A stretch of 64,000 nt of DNA from a virus (taxonomy: Duplodnaviria; Heunggongvirae; Uroviricota; Caudoviricetes): IMG/VR virus record IMGVR_UViG_3300042879_005260, positions 29,514 to 93,513 of that record. One strand, 5' to 3'. A program made the position numbers and the translations under genes. The notes under the pieces are model-generated. The model was given only the letters and a program-made list of their open reading frames with translations. It did no database searches and had not been told where the DNA came from. The first letter of the stretch is position 1. Every line of letters starts with the position of its first letter. Of this stretch, positions 7,733-17,974 are shown in pieces.

Positions 7733-10108
7733 ATGTCAGTAAAAGAAAAAACTAAAATTACTATCCCATCAAAAGCAACTGTTAGAGTTCAGTGGGAGGA
7801 TGAACCACAAAACTATACTAAAGATAAAGTTAAAAGAATTGAACATTATTTTGCCGAAAAATATGGTGTTGAAAAAGTTCAGGTCATCTTTAAACCCAAA
7901 AAAGTTGATTCAGTTAATGGTGAGGTTGAAATGTCAATCACTGATAATGTTATGGACAGTAACTACCAAAGACGTTTATTTAAAGAATGGTTGGACAACA
8001 ACCAAATAAATGTTGATTGGGAACGTCTTTTACGTTTAGACGATAAGGTAAATGACAAGTTAAAACAAATTAGAGATGTTGAATATCGTTATCGTAACTG
8101 GTATATAAAGGAATTGGAATGGGATAATTTTTTATCTTATGGTGATGGTAATAAATTAACTTTTGATAATTTAAAAGGTGTCACCGTTATTACATCAAAT
8201 CCTGCAAATATGGGAGGTAAAACCGTTTTATCGGTGGACTTATTGTTGTTTTTATTTTTCAATGAAACCACCAGAACTAAAGTTGCTGCTCAAATTTTTA
8301 ATAAATTCAGAGATGTTAATCATGTTAGAGTTAAAGGGGTGATTACTATTGATGGCGGTGATTATATTATTGAAAGAAGTTTAAGTCGTTCCAAAAAAAG
8401 AAACGAAGAAGGTTATAATGTAAAAACTGATTTAAATTTTCAAAAAATAATGGCCGATGGTTCTATACAAAATCTAGAAGGTGAACAACGTCGAGAAACT
8501 GATGATTTTATTAGAAAATCTATTGGCAGTGTTGATGATTTCTTATTAACTATTATCGCAACCTCTGATAACCTGGAAGAATTAATCCATACTTTACCGA
8601 CACAAAAAGGTAAATTATTGTCAAAATTTATTGGTCTAGAAGTTATTGAACAAAAAGAAGAAATAGTAAAAGAATTAAAAAGTGCTTGGGCAAAAAATTT
8701 AAAATCTGACCAGTATAATACCGCAGATTTAACTGTTGAAATAGAAAATTTAAAAGAAAAAATTAAAACTTTGGGTTTGGACATTGAAACTTGTAAAACT
8801 CAAAAAGAAAATATTGAACAAGAGATTAAAGAAACTAATGATATAAAAGAAATTTTAATATCTCAGAAAATAACAATTGATAACGACGTTCTTAGATTAC
8901 GAATTACCGACATTGAAAGGGATATTAAAGACATCACAGATAAAGGTAAAAAATCAAAAGAAAAATACGATGTTTTAAAAGCCGAGTTTGATGCTTTAAC
9001 CGAGGTTGAGTACGATTCTCAAACACATAAAGAATGGAAACAACAATTAAGTGATTTAAACACAGCAAAATCACATAGAACCATCAAAAGGGATGGTGTT
9101 GTTAGTTTAATTAAAAATTTGGAAGAAGGAGAATTTTGTTCTTTATGTAAACAACCATTAAAAGATGTTGATCACTCTGAAGAAATTGCCGGAAATAAAT
9201 TGGCTTTGGAAGAATTAAACAAAAATATTGTAGATTTGGAAAAAGAAATTTTAACAGCAAAAACTGAAATTGAAAAATTAGATAAAATAAAAGAAAAAGT
9301 AGATGAATATGATAAAAAATCTTTAATGTTGGATAAACTTAATTTAGAGATTGATAATCTTAGGATGCAGTTGAAAGATAAAAAAGAGTTAAAAAAGAAG
9401 TACGAGGACAACATTGAAAACATTGAAAAAAATAAAGAACTAGATACTAAAATATTGGGTTACTCCTCTAAATTAGAAAGGTTAAACCGTGAAAGAGATG
9501 AGGTTTTAAATAGAAGCCAAAGAAACGCTTCTGAGATATTACGAGCAGAAGATACCATAACCAAAAATGTTTCTATCATTGAAGTTATTAAAACAGAAGA
9601 AGAAGTTAAAGTTATATTTGAAATCTATTCTAGAATGGTTGGTAAGAATGGTATTACAAAATTAATTATGAAAAATGTTATACCTTTATTAAATTCCGAA
9701 TTGGAGCGATTGTTAATTGATTCTGCTAATTTTAAATTATTGGTTGACATTAATGCAAAACAAGAAGTTGATTTTATCCTTCAAAGAGAAAATGAAAACG
9801 GACAGGAAATTTCCTATCTTTTGACTGAAGGTTCTGGGTTTGAAAAAACAATCGGTTCTTTGGCTTTAAGAATGGTATTATCAAGGGTTAGTCTACTACC
9901 AAAACCAAATATTGTAGTTTTAGATGAGGTTTTAGGTAAAGTTTCTAATGATAATTTAGAATTAGTGGGTAATTTCTTTCAAAAATGTTCTGAGATGTTT
10001 GAGAATATATTTTTAATTACTCATAACCCAACGGTCAGGGACTGGGCAACAAATATTATTGAAATCGAAAAAATAAATAATGTTTCTCTTTTGAAAATTA
10101 AAAGATAA
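7733..10108 (+). CDS. sbcC: Rad50/SbcC-family SMC-like ATPase
   Basis: Walker A-like NMGGKTV, long coiled coil, CxxC zinc hook CSLCKQPL, Walker B VVLDEV, H-loop LITHN; start moved to MSVKEK (7733) because track start 7622 overlaps the minus-strand gene. Confidence 0.65.
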   Translation: MSVKEKTKITIPSKATVRVQWEDEPQNYTKDKVKRIEHYFAEKYGVEKVQVIFKPKKVDSVNGEVEMSITDNVMDSNYQRRLFKEWLDNNQINVDWERLLRLDDKVNDKLKQIRDVEYRYRNWYIKELEWDNFLSYGDGNKLTFDNLKGVTVITSNPANMGGKTVLSVDLLLFLFFNETTRTKVAAQIFNKFRDVNHVRVKGVITIDGGDYIIERSLSRSKKRNEEGYNVKTDLNFQKIMADGSIQNLEGEQRRETDDFIRKSIGSVDDFLLTIIATSDNLEELIHTLPTQKGKLLSKFIGLEVIEQKEEIVKELKSAWAKNLKSDQYNTADLTVEIENLKEKIKTLGLDIETCKTQKENIEQEIKETNDIKEILISQKITIDNDVLRLRITDIERDIKDITDKGKKSKEKYDVLKAEFDALTEVEYDSQTHKEWKQQLSDLNTAKSHRTIKRDGVVSLIKNLEEGEFCSLCKQPLKDVDHSEEIAGNKLALEELNKNIVDLEKEILTAKTEIEKLDKIKEKVDEYDKKSLMLDKLNLEIDNLRMQLKDKKELKKKYEDNIENIEKNKELDTKILGYSSKLERLNRERDEVLNRSQRNASEILRAEDTITKNVSIIEVIKTEEEVKVIFEIYSRMVGKNGITKLIMKNVIPLLNSELERLLIDSANFKLLVDINAKQEVDFILQRENENGQEISYLLTEGSGFEKTIGSLALRMVLSRVSLLPKPNIVVLDEVLGKVSNDNLELVGNFFQKCSEMFENIFLITHNPTVRDWATNIIEIEKINNVSLLKIKR

Positions 10109-10120
10109 TTCTTATCTTTG
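10091..10120 (+). promoter_or_regulatory. Bacteroidetes-type promoter (TTG..19 nt..TATCTTTG)
   Basis: TTGAAA at 10091, TATCTTTG at 10113-10120, ATG at 10147. Confidence 0.45.
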
Positions 10121-10146
10121 TTGAAGATATTTATAAAAAAAAGACT

Positions 10147-10614
10147 ATGGACAAAAGATATTTACTAATTATTATTGGAGGTTCTGAAGGTATTGAACGT
10201 GACTTAAATTTTATAGCAAACGGTAATACTGGTGTTAATTTTATCGACGGAAAAGGAATGTTTATATGTACTTTTTATAGCCCGTATACAACAGCTGAAA
10301 TCCATGAAAAACTTGTACATAGGCCTGCTATGATGTTATTTGATATTACAAACTCTGAAAATTATGGTATTAATTTACCTTCAAAATACTTTATGGGTAT
10401 TTTTCCAGAAATTGAAAAAACGTTAGAAACAACACAAACAACTTTTGAAGTTAAAACCAAAAGCAGACGTAGTAATCCAAAAAAGAAAACCAGATCTAAA
10501 AAAGTTACGGAAGAATTTGACAATGTTAATGACATTCTAGACAAACTTTCTCGTAATAAATACGATAGGGCGTGTTTAACCGAAAAAGAAATTGAAATCC
10601 TTAATAAAGGATAA
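10147..10614 (+). CDS. hypothetical protein
   Basis: ORF track 155 aa. Confidence 0.45.
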   Translation: MDKRYLLIIIGGSEGIERDLNFIANGNTGVNFIDGKGMFICTFYSPYTTAEIHEKLVHRPAMMLFDITNSENYGINLPSKYFMGIFPEIEKTLETTQTTFEVKTKSRRSNPKKKTRSKKVTEEFDNVNDILDKLSRNKYDRACLTEKEIEILNKG

Positions 10615-10616
10615 AA

Positions 10617-11099
10617 ATGGAATATTATGCGGGTATTGGTTCCAGAGAGACGCCAATAGAATTAAAAGAAAAAATTAAAATTATTGTTGAACATTTAAAT
10701 CAGAAAGGATATATTCTCCGTTCCGGTGGTGCTGAAGGTGCGGATTCTTTTTTTGAAGAGTTTGCTGATAAAAAAGAAATATATTTACCGTGGCGAGGCT
10801 TCAATGGCAACCAATCTTTACTATTTAATCCTAGTACAGAAGCTTTTTTAATGGCCGAAGAATACCACCCAAATTTTAAAATGTTAAGTTATGGTGTTAA
10901 AAAACTGATGGCCAGAAATTGTCACCAAGTTTTAGGGCAAGATTTAAAAACACCTGTTGATTTTATTGTTTGTTGGACAAAAAATGGAAATATTAATGGT
11001 GGCACGGGTCAAGCATTACGTATTGCAAAAAAACTAAATATCCCAGTCTATAATTTATTTTTTGAAGAAAGCTTTCAAAATTTATTAAAAAATGTCTAA
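10617..11099 (+). CDS. SLOG/DprA-LOG-like Rossmann-fold protein
   Basis: GIGSRETP...SGGAEGAD motif typical of DprA/Smf-like SLOG domains. Confidence 0.4.
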   Translation: MEYYAGIGSRETPIELKEKIKIIVEHLNQKGYILRSGGAEGADSFFEEFADKKEIYLPWRGFNGNQSLLFNPSTEAFLMAEEYHPNFKMLSYGVKKLMARNCHQVLGQDLKTPVDFIVCWTKNGNINGGTGQALRIAKKLNIPVYNLFFEESFQNLLKNV

Positions 11100-11335
11100 A
11101 TACTTATATTTATATTTTGAAAAACCCCAAAAAAGGTATTATTTTTGTAAAAAGTTTTTGTGATAAAGAAAAATACAAACTCAAAAGAAGATTCTAAAAA
11201 GTGGGAAAGATTCCATGAATATGAGGACGCGATTGTTATTTGGCGTTATGATTCAAAAATTAGCCAAATAAATCCCTACGAAGTAGAAGTTAAATACAAA
11301 GAAGAAATTAAAAAAAAAACAAATAAAATAAAATT

Positions 11336-12160
11336 ATGAGTATCACAAACACTAAAAGGTTTATCGACAATTCCGAAGAGAGTATTTCAAAATATCTTAA
11401 AGATGTTAGAAAACTTTCCATGCTTAAACCAGAAGAAGAGGTGGAATTAGCGAAAAAAGCACAAGAAGGTGATTCTAAAGCTTTAGAGATATTGGTAAAT
11501 TCTAACCTAAGATTCGTTATTTCAATCGCAAAACAATACCAAAACCAAGGGTTACCATTGTCTGATTTGATCGCTGAAGGTAATTTGGGATTAATTAAAG
11601 CCGCACAACGGTTTGATCACAATAAAGGTTTTAGATTTATTTCATACGCAGTTTGGTGGATTAAACAATCAATTATCCAATCCTTGAATGATAATGCTAG
11701 AACTGTTCGCCTACCTGTTAACATCACCAATAATATTTCAAAAGTAAAAAAAGAAGTTGCCGCTTTTGAACAGGAAAATGGCAGAAAACCCGATACTAAT
11801 GAAATGGATTTGTCAATACTTAATCAACCTTATTGTATGTCTTTGAATGAAACCATTAACGAAGATGGTGATGAGATGTTGGATGTAATTGAAGACAACA
11901 CTTTTGTAAGCCCAGACCAATCCTTCCAAAGTAATTCCGATTTGTTGAAAAATGAGTTGGAGAACATACTTTCCACCCTTTCAACACGTGAGCGTAATAT
12001 TATTGAACTATATTTTGGTTTAAATGGAAGTGCTTTAACTTTGGAAGAAATCGGTGATGAATATGGTTTGACAAAGGAACGTATTCGCCAAGTAAAAGCA
12101 AAAGCTTTAAGAAAATTAAGATATAAATCTTTAAATTTGTTTAAATATTTAAACGACTAA
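11336..12160 (+). CDS. sigma-70 family RNA polymerase sigma factor
   Basis: region 2 DLIAEGNLGLIKAAQRFD...FISYAVWWIKQ; region 4 LTLEEIGDEYGLTKERIRQVKAKALRKLR. Confidence 0.8.
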   Translation: MSITNTKRFIDNSEESISKYLKDVRKLSMLKPEEEVELAKKAQEGDSKALEILVNSNLRFVISIAKQYQNQGLPLSDLIAEGNLGLIKAAQRFDHNKGFRFISYAVWWIKQSIIQSLNDNARTVRLPVNITNNISKVKKEVAAFEQENGRKPDTNEMDLSILNQPYCMSLNETINEDGDEMLDVIEDNTFVSPDQSFQSNSDLLKNELENILSTLSTRERNIIELYFGLNGSALTLEEIGDEYGLTKERIRQVKAKALRKLRYKSLNLFKYLND

Positions 12161-12246
12161 ATATCACCTAGATAAACCTCATAATGTATGGGGTTTTTTT
12201 ATTTTACTTTCTTTTTTTTAATCTTATATTTATTCTAAAATTAAAT

Positions 12247-12546
12247 ATGAAAAATTTTATTACAGATTTTATGGATAAATGGGCAAACAGAATTATGTTT
12301 TTTTTGGTCATTATTATTTTTCTCAAAACTTGTTCTACTAATAACAAAATTCAAAAAACAAATGAAGAATTAACAAAAAAAATAAACAAAATAGATAGTA
12401 TTGTAATAAATACGGCAACAAAAACTGATGTTAAGATAGAAGGTCTAAAATCGGAAAAAAGAATGATCCAATCAACCGATAGAAAAATCTTAGATGTCAA
12501 TAGACAAGCTGAGATTGATAAAGAAATCCAGAATTTAGAAAAATAA
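12247..12546 (+). CDS. small membrane/coiled-coil protein
   Basis: TM segment IMFFLVIIIFL then coiled coil; start chosen at MKNFITDF. Confidence 0.35.
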   Translation: MKNFITDFMDKWANRIMFFLVIIIFLKTCSTNNKIQKTNEELTKKINKIDSIVINTATKTDVKIEGLKSEKRMIQSTDRKILDVNRQAEIDKEIQNLEK

Positions 12547-13242
12547 ATGAATATATTCAGAAGAATAATAAAAGAATCTATAACGGAAACGGAATATAAC
12601 CGTTTAATCGGTGAAGGTTTAATAAAAACCCACAACCCAAACAAAGTTATTAGTATGTTAAATAGATTTCTTCAGAATACATTAGACGTTAGATTACATC
12701 AAGAAGATAGTTCCAACAGTTACGGTATTATTTTAGTGTACCTTAAAGAAGAATTCAAAAAAACAAAAATAAATGAATTACTTTCTTTCATGGATAACAT
12801 GGGTTATTACCCAGCAGGTTTCTTCGATAAACACAATAGGTTTGTTAAAGAATATGAAGAATTAGGTGATAGTTTATACGGTATTAGGTTTGAACCCAAA
12901 TTTGATTTGGAATATATACCAGAAAGTAGATATTTGTACCATGTAACAGACGGTAAACACATATCTAAAATAAAGAAAATAGGTTTAACGCCAAGAACAA
13001 AGTCTAAAGCATTATACCATCCAGAAAGGATATATTTATCAAAAACCTTTGATGATGCGGTAAACATAAGAACAATATTTACTTTAAGTAACTTAGAGTC
13101 CGATAGTGGTTTAGTGATGTTAAAAATTGATTTACAAAATTTATTTATTCATTTACGTGAAGACTCACAATTTAACGGAGGTGTTTATACCACTGATAAT
13201 ATACCACCAAATCACATAGAGATAATTGATTTAAAAAAATAA
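12547..13242 (+). CDS. hypothetical protein
   Basis: ORF track 231 aa. Confidence 0.45.
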   Translation: MNIFRRIIKESITETEYNRLIGEGLIKTHNPNKVISMLNRFLQNTLDVRLHQEDSSNSYGIILVYLKEEFKKTKINELLSFMDNMGYYPAGFFDKHNRFVKEYEELGDSLYGIRFEPKFDLEYIPESRYLYHVTDGKHISKIKKIGLTPRTKSKALYHPERIYLSKTFDDAVNIRTIFTLSNLESDSGLVMLKIDLQNLFIHLREDSQFNGGVYTTDNIPPNHIEIIDLKK

Positions 13243-13246
13243 AAAA

Positions 13247-13825
13247 ATGATTAATTGGTTTAAAAACAATAAAAAAGGCATAATTAGAGGTTCTTTTCTT
13301 GTACCTATTATACTAGTTATGATAATATCAATATCACATGTTGTTAGTTGGTACGATTTATCTAACCCTTTTAGTTGGGCTATACATCTTTCTTTGGCAA
13401 TAGAAATTGCGGCAATGAGTTCAATATCTGCAGCTTCAGTTAAGATTAAAGGGGGTGTTTGGTTTATTTTTGTTATTGTAACTCTAGTACAGTTTATTGG
13501 TAACATATTTTTTTGTTATAAAGACACCAATATCCAATCACAGGACTTTAAAGATTGGGTGGAATTAACTGCACCCATTTTTGATTTGATCGGTTCAGAC
13601 GTTACTGACATGGTAACTCAAAGAAGATGGTTAGCTTTATTACAAGGTGGGTTACTACCTATTATTTCTTTAGCTTCTTTACATTTTTTCATTAAATACG
13701 GTGATATGAGTGAAGATAAAAAAGAAGAAAAAATAGAATCACTAGAAAGTGGAAAAGAAGAAATAAAAAAACCGTTAACTATCGATATCACCACGAATAA
13801 TGAAGATCCTAATAGATTTTTTTAA
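13247..13825 (+). CDS. integral membrane protein
   Basis: at least four hydrophobic helices. Confidence 0.45.
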   Translation: MINWFKNNKKGIIRGSFLVPIILVMIISISHVVSWYDLSNPFSWAIHLSLAIEIAAMSSISAASVKIKGGVWFIFVIVTLVQFIGNIFFCYKDTNIQSQDFKDWVELTAPIFDLIGSDVTDMVTQRRWLALLQGGLLPIISLASLHFFIKYGDMSEDKKEEKIESLESGKEEIKKPLTIDITTNNEDPNRFF

Positions 13826-14422
13826 TTGATTGATTTTGAATCTTATATTTTACCAGAAAACAATTATTATAAAGAGACCCACCAAAAAACACAAATAATA
13901 ATTGGAAATACGAATAATGTCGCAATGCAACATTATGCAGGTTGGATTTATAGAATTAATGGTAAAAATAAAAAAACATCACATTTTACAATAAACAAGG
14001 AAGGTAAAATCTACCAACATTTTGATCCAATTTATTATTCTGATTTCTTAGGTAATGAACAAGATAAATTTTCTATTTCTATCGTATTAGAAAACTTAGG
14101 TTGGTTTAAAAAAGATTCTTTAAATAATAAATACGTAGATTGGCTTGGTAGGGTTTATGTTAAAAATGAAAAAGAAGTTTTAGTAAAACGTTGGCGAAAT
14201 CATATTTATTGGGATATTTATACTGAGGAACAAATGCTTTCTTTAAAAAAGTTAGTTTCTGAATTATGTAGTAAGTACGGTATTGAAAAAAAATCAGTAA
14301 ATACTAACGTCCATAATGAAGATATTGATTTATTTAATGGTATAACTTTCCGAAGCAATTACTACCAAGAATTAACAGATGTTAATCCTTCTTTTAATTT
14401 TGAGGTATTACAAGAAATTTAA
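13826..14422 (+). CDS. PGRP/amidase_2-like protein (possible T7-lysozyme-type N-acetylmuramoyl-L-alanine amidase, zinc ligands not all evident)
   Basis: SHFTINKEGKIYQHF and SISIVLENLGW segments resemble amidase_2 core. Confidence 0.4.
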   Translation: MIDFESYILPENNYYKETHQKTQIIIGNTNNVAMQHYAGWIYRINGKNKKTSHFTINKEGKIYQHFDPIYYSDFLGNEQDKFSISIVLENLGWFKKDSLNNKYVDWLGRVYVKNEKEVLVKRWRNHIYWDIYTEEQMLSLKKLVSELCSKYGIEKKSVNTNVHNEDIDLFNGITFRSNYYQELTDVNPSFNFEVLQEI

Positions 14423-14431
14423 AAAATTAAA

Positions 14432-14974
14432 ATGAAAAAACAACAAGACGACATTAGAAACATTCTTAGTAAGATTCGTAAACTACAAAAAGAAAACACT
14501 AAAATAGATGTCACAGGTACTGATGATGTTAGATCTTTTTTAGAGAATAAAAAAAGAGAAAAAATTTTAAAAAATTATCCAAATAAAAGTTTATTAACGG
14601 AAGAAGAAAACTATCAAGATTTAACAACAGAAGAACAACGAGAAGAAGAAAACAAGTTTAAAGAAGTAGTTTCTAAATTGGTAAAATTTGAAAAATTAAA
14701 AGTTTATCGGCAAAACGTTGAATGGTCTGGAGAATTGCTTCGTGAAAAAATTAAATGGGTTTTTTCTTTAAACGAAAACGACGGTTGTTATATCTCCATC
14801 GAAACCGAAGATATGTTACAATTAACAGACCAGGTTATTGAAACTTTAAAAAAATTAAAAGGTTATTATAGTGTCTGGGGTGATGATTGGGGTTCTAGAT
14901 TAACCGGGACACCTGAAAAAGGTGGTGAAACGGGTACTGCAGCACCAGAAGCTGGGGGTGAATTTGGTCTTTAA
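14432..14974 (+). CDS. hypothetical protein with Gly-rich C-terminus
   Basis: ORF track 180 aa. Confidence 0.4.
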   Translation: MKKQQDDIRNILSKIRKLQKENTKIDVTGTDDVRSFLENKKREKILKNYPNKSLLTEEENYQDLTTEEQREEENKFKEVVSKLVKFEKLKVYRQNVEWSGELLREKIKWVFSLNENDGCYISIETEDMLQLTDQVIETLKKLKGYYSVWGDDWGSRLTGTPEKGGETGTAAPEAGGEFGL

Positions 14975-14997
14975 TAAAAAAATTAATATAAATAAAA

Positions 14998-15426
14998 ATG
15001 GTTAAAAAATTTTTCACAGAATTAGACCTTAAAGGTTGGACAATTATTATTTTGGGTGGTATTCTTATTGTTATGTTTTTATATTTGATGTTAAAGCCTT
15101 CTGGCTGGCGAAAAAAAATTAAATATTACGAAAAAATTAACAAAGAATTACAAGATAAAAGAGATTCTTTAGATAAAGTTAATGCTGAACTTAAAAAATT
15201 AGCAATAAAAGATTCTTTGGAAATTGTTAAATATCAAAACCGGATTGATTCCGTTGCAAAGTTAATCGTCGTTAAAAACGCAGAAATATCAAAACTAAAA
15301 AAAGATGTTAAGGATACGGAACAAAAAATGAAAAAAACAAAAGAGGAAATTCAAAAATTAACTGACAACCCGATTAAAAGAACTGGTGACAGTTTGTTAG
15401 AATCTATTAAACAAAAAACTAAATAA
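14998..15426 (+). CDS. membrane-anchored coiled-coil protein
   Basis: N-terminal TM then K/E-rich coiled coil. Confidence 0.4.
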   Translation: MVKKFFTELDLKGWTIIILGGILIVMFLYLMLKPSGWRKKIKYYEKINKELQDKRDSLDKVNAELKKLAIKDSLEIVKYQNRIDSVAKLIVVKNAEISKLKKDVKDTEQKMKKTKEEIQKLTDNPIKRTGDSLLESIKQKTK

Positions 15427-15427
15427 C

Positions 15428-15928
15428 ATGAAAAACTTTTTATTTACTATTGTATTATTTTTATTCACCTTTACTATAAAGGCACAAGTTTCAGATTTAC
15501 CAAAATACTACATAGTTAATAATGATACTTTAGGTATTATTTTAACAGTAGAGCAGGTTCAAAAACTTGATAACGATGTTGAGTTATTAAATCTTTTTGA
15601 AAAACTACAAATAGATTGTGAAAATTTAACAACACATTATATTAAAATCATAAATTCTCTGGAAGAAAAAAATATTCTTATGGAAGTTTCAGTCAAAGAA
15701 TTAAAAAATAAAAGCAAAGAACAAGATGATTTAATAACAAATTTAAAATCACAATTAAAAAATTGTGAGATTAATAAAAATTTGTGTGATAGTATTTCAA
15801 AAAATAAAGACAAAGAAATTACTGTTTTAAAAGGTGAAATGGTAAAACAAAATATTAAAAAAGGTGCAAGTATTGTTGGTAACGTTATTTTGTTTGTGGT
15901 TTTAGTTACCTTAATTATAAAAATGTAA
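15428..15928 (+). CDS. signal-peptide coiled-coil protein with C-terminal TM
   Basis: MKNFLFTIVLFLFTFTIKA signal; C-terminal hydrophobic segment. Confidence 0.4.
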   Translation: MKNFLFTIVLFLFTFTIKAQVSDLPKYYIVNNDTLGIILTVEQVQKLDNDVELLNLFEKLQIDCENLTTHYIKIINSLEEKNILMEVSVKELKNKSKEQDDLITNLKSQLKNCEINKNLCDSISKNKDKEITVLKGEMVKQNIKKGASIVGNVILFVVLVTLIIKM

Positions 15929-15941
15929 AATTAAATAAAAA

Positions 15942-16256
15942 ATGAACCAGCAAATCCAAAGGTTATTAGAGGACATTAAAAATAATGGCAACAAAAAAGT
16001 TGTTTTATATACAATGACACATTGTCCCGCATGTAAAGAATTAAAAAATAAATTAAATCATTTGAACATAACGTATGAAAATGTAGAAATGGAAGGTAAT
16101 GATGATGTTTGGAAAATTTTAAAAGAAGAAGGTGGTAAAGATTATGTCCCACAAGTTAGAATTGAAAAAAAATTGATTAACGATTTTGATACCGTAAACG
16201 ATTTAATTGGGTTGGTTATTTCTGAAATGATTAATCGTAAAGTTATTATTAAATAA
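15942..16256 (+). CDS. glutaredoxin-like thioredoxin-fold protein
   Basis: VVLYTMTHCPACKELKNKL CxxC active site. Confidence 0.6.
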   Translation: MNQQIQRLLEDIKNNGNKKVVLYTMTHCPACKELKNKLNHLNITYENVEMEGNDDVWKILKEEGGKDYVPQVRIEKKLINDFDTVNDLIGLVISEMINRKVIIK

Positions 16257-16278
16257 TTTTTTAAAAAAAATAAAAATT

Positions 16279-16309
16279 AACCGTCTTAAAAAAAAAAGAC
16301 GGTTTTTTT
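16279..16309 (+). terminator. rho-independent terminator
   Basis: hairpin accgtctt...aagacggt followed by T-run. Confidence 0.55.
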
Positions 16310-16506
16310 GTGCTTTGCTGATATTTATATAAAAATAACAGAAAATAAAAAAAAATAAAAATGGCAAAAAAAGTATTACGCTACACAGAAGAACAATTTA
16401 TTACTCTTTTGGAAAATATCGTTAAAAAAGTAAAACAAGAAGAAAGACTTAACGAAAACAGAAACATTAACAGACCTACAAATCTAAGAAATAGACGTTT
16501 ACGTTA

Positions 16507-16791
16507 ATGAATCGAAATTTAGTAAAACAAATCCTTAAAGAAGAACTTAACAAATCAGATGAGGCTAAAATTAAAAAATTAGCTCGTGATGAATTTGATA
16601 AGATGATTAAGAAACACCTTAAAAGTGATGCACTAGAAAAGGTGATTTCGGATTTGGTTATTAAAAACATTAAAAAAGACAAACCAACCCAAAAAGAAGT
16701 TGCGAAAATAACAAAAGAAGTTTTAACAAAACTTTATAAAGTACTTTGGACCAAGAATAACTTTTGGTCTAACGATTTGGAAAATATTTAA
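16507..16791 (+). CDS. hypothetical K/E-rich protein
   Basis: ORF track 94 aa. Confidence 0.35.
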   Translation: MNRNLVKQILKEELNKSDEAKIKKLARDEFDKMIKKHLKSDALEKVISDLVIKNIKKDKPTQKEVAKITKEVLTKLYKVLWTKNNFWSNDLENI

Positions 16792-17951
16792 TGAAAACAG
16801 AAAAAGACCCAAGAGCAAAAGAAGGCATGCGAATTAAAATTATATCCATGTACGATGATCCAAATCCCGTTCAATCAGGAACCGAGGGTACCATAAAATT
16901 TATTGACGGTATGGGTAATATTCATGTTAAGTGGGATAACGGCAGAGTTTTGGGTGTTATTCCAGGTGTTGATGAATATCAGTTGTTAGAATCTAATATG
17001 GTGCCTAAAGCAGCTCCAGTACCTAAAGTTAAAATAACAGGTCCTAAAGGGAAACCTTCTAAAACCCCTGAAATAAAAGTTAAAGAAGGTAAAAAAGAAG
17101 TTAAAACAAATAAAAACCCAAAGGATAAAAAAGTTAAAACCGAAACTACTGCAGCTGCCGGTGGGGCTTCTACCGGTGCTTATGTCGGCCCAATGGGAGC
17201 TACAAAACCAATGTGGGGAAAAGGGCCGTTAACAACAAAAAAAGGTATTAAAGAAACCACTCTTTCAAGAGAGTCTAATATTGATGACACAACAGAAGAG
17301 GCTTGGGCAGATAAAAACAATGATGGATGGTGGTGGAATGATAATCCTGTTATTGATGGTGGTAAAATTGTCGACCCGTTGGCTAAAATGAAAACAACCT
17401 GGGATGATGATAATTTAGATATATCAAAAGAGTGGGACAAAGTTCAAACACTTAAAAAAGAAGACCTTTTTAGACTGGTAAAAAATCGTATTAATGAGGC
17501 AAAAAAAGATAAAAAACCCAATAAAAAAAAGGAAAAAGAAGACATTGAAGAAACAACAACTTTTGGTTCTGCTTTAGGTAGTGGTTCCCCAGTTGTACCA
17601 GCTTTTGCAGCAAAACAAGGTCAATGGAGAGCTTCTAAAAAAACTATGTATCCTGGTGGTAAAATTGTACAAAAAATAGACAACAGTGGCATTTTAAACC
17701 CAGTTAATGAGGCTAATACAGTAAAATACAACCCAGGTGGTAAATTTGTAAAAGTAAAAAAGAAATGTACCAAATTCCCTTATTGCAATCAAGGAGCTAT
17801 TGATAATCCGTTAGATGTATCGGATAAAATTAAAGGTGACGGTAACTATGTAGAAGAACAACTAATGAGAAATATTCATGAAGTTGCAATGGAAACAGGA
17901 AAAACTTTTGATGAGGTTTATAAAATTGTTAAAAATAACCTGGATAAATAG
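16791..17951 (+). CDS. Lys-rich protein with Cys-containing basic C-terminal tail
   Basis: KKKCTKFPYCNQGAIDNP tail shared in style with 26732, 41379, 43056 products. Confidence 0.45.
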   Translation: MKTEKDPRAKEGMRIKIISMYDDPNPVQSGTEGTIKFIDGMGNIHVKWDNGRVLGVIPGVDEYQLLESNMVPKAAPVPKVKITGPKGKPSKTPEIKVKEGKKEVKTNKNPKDKKVKTETTAAAGGASTGAYVGPMGATKPMWGKGPLTTKKGIKETTLSRESNIDDTTEEAWADKNNDGWWWNDNPVIDGGKIVDPLAKMKTTWDDDNLDISKEWDKVQTLKKEDLFRLVKNRINEAKKDKKPNKKKEKEDIEETTTFGSALGSGSPVVPAFAAKQGQWRASKKTMYPGGKIVQKIDNSGILNPVNEANTVKYNPGGKFVKVKKKCTKFPYCNQGAIDNPLDVSDKIKGDGNYVEEQLMRNIHEVAMETGKTFDEVYKIVKNNLDK

Positions 17952-17974
17952 ATATTTATTATAAAAACAAAAAC

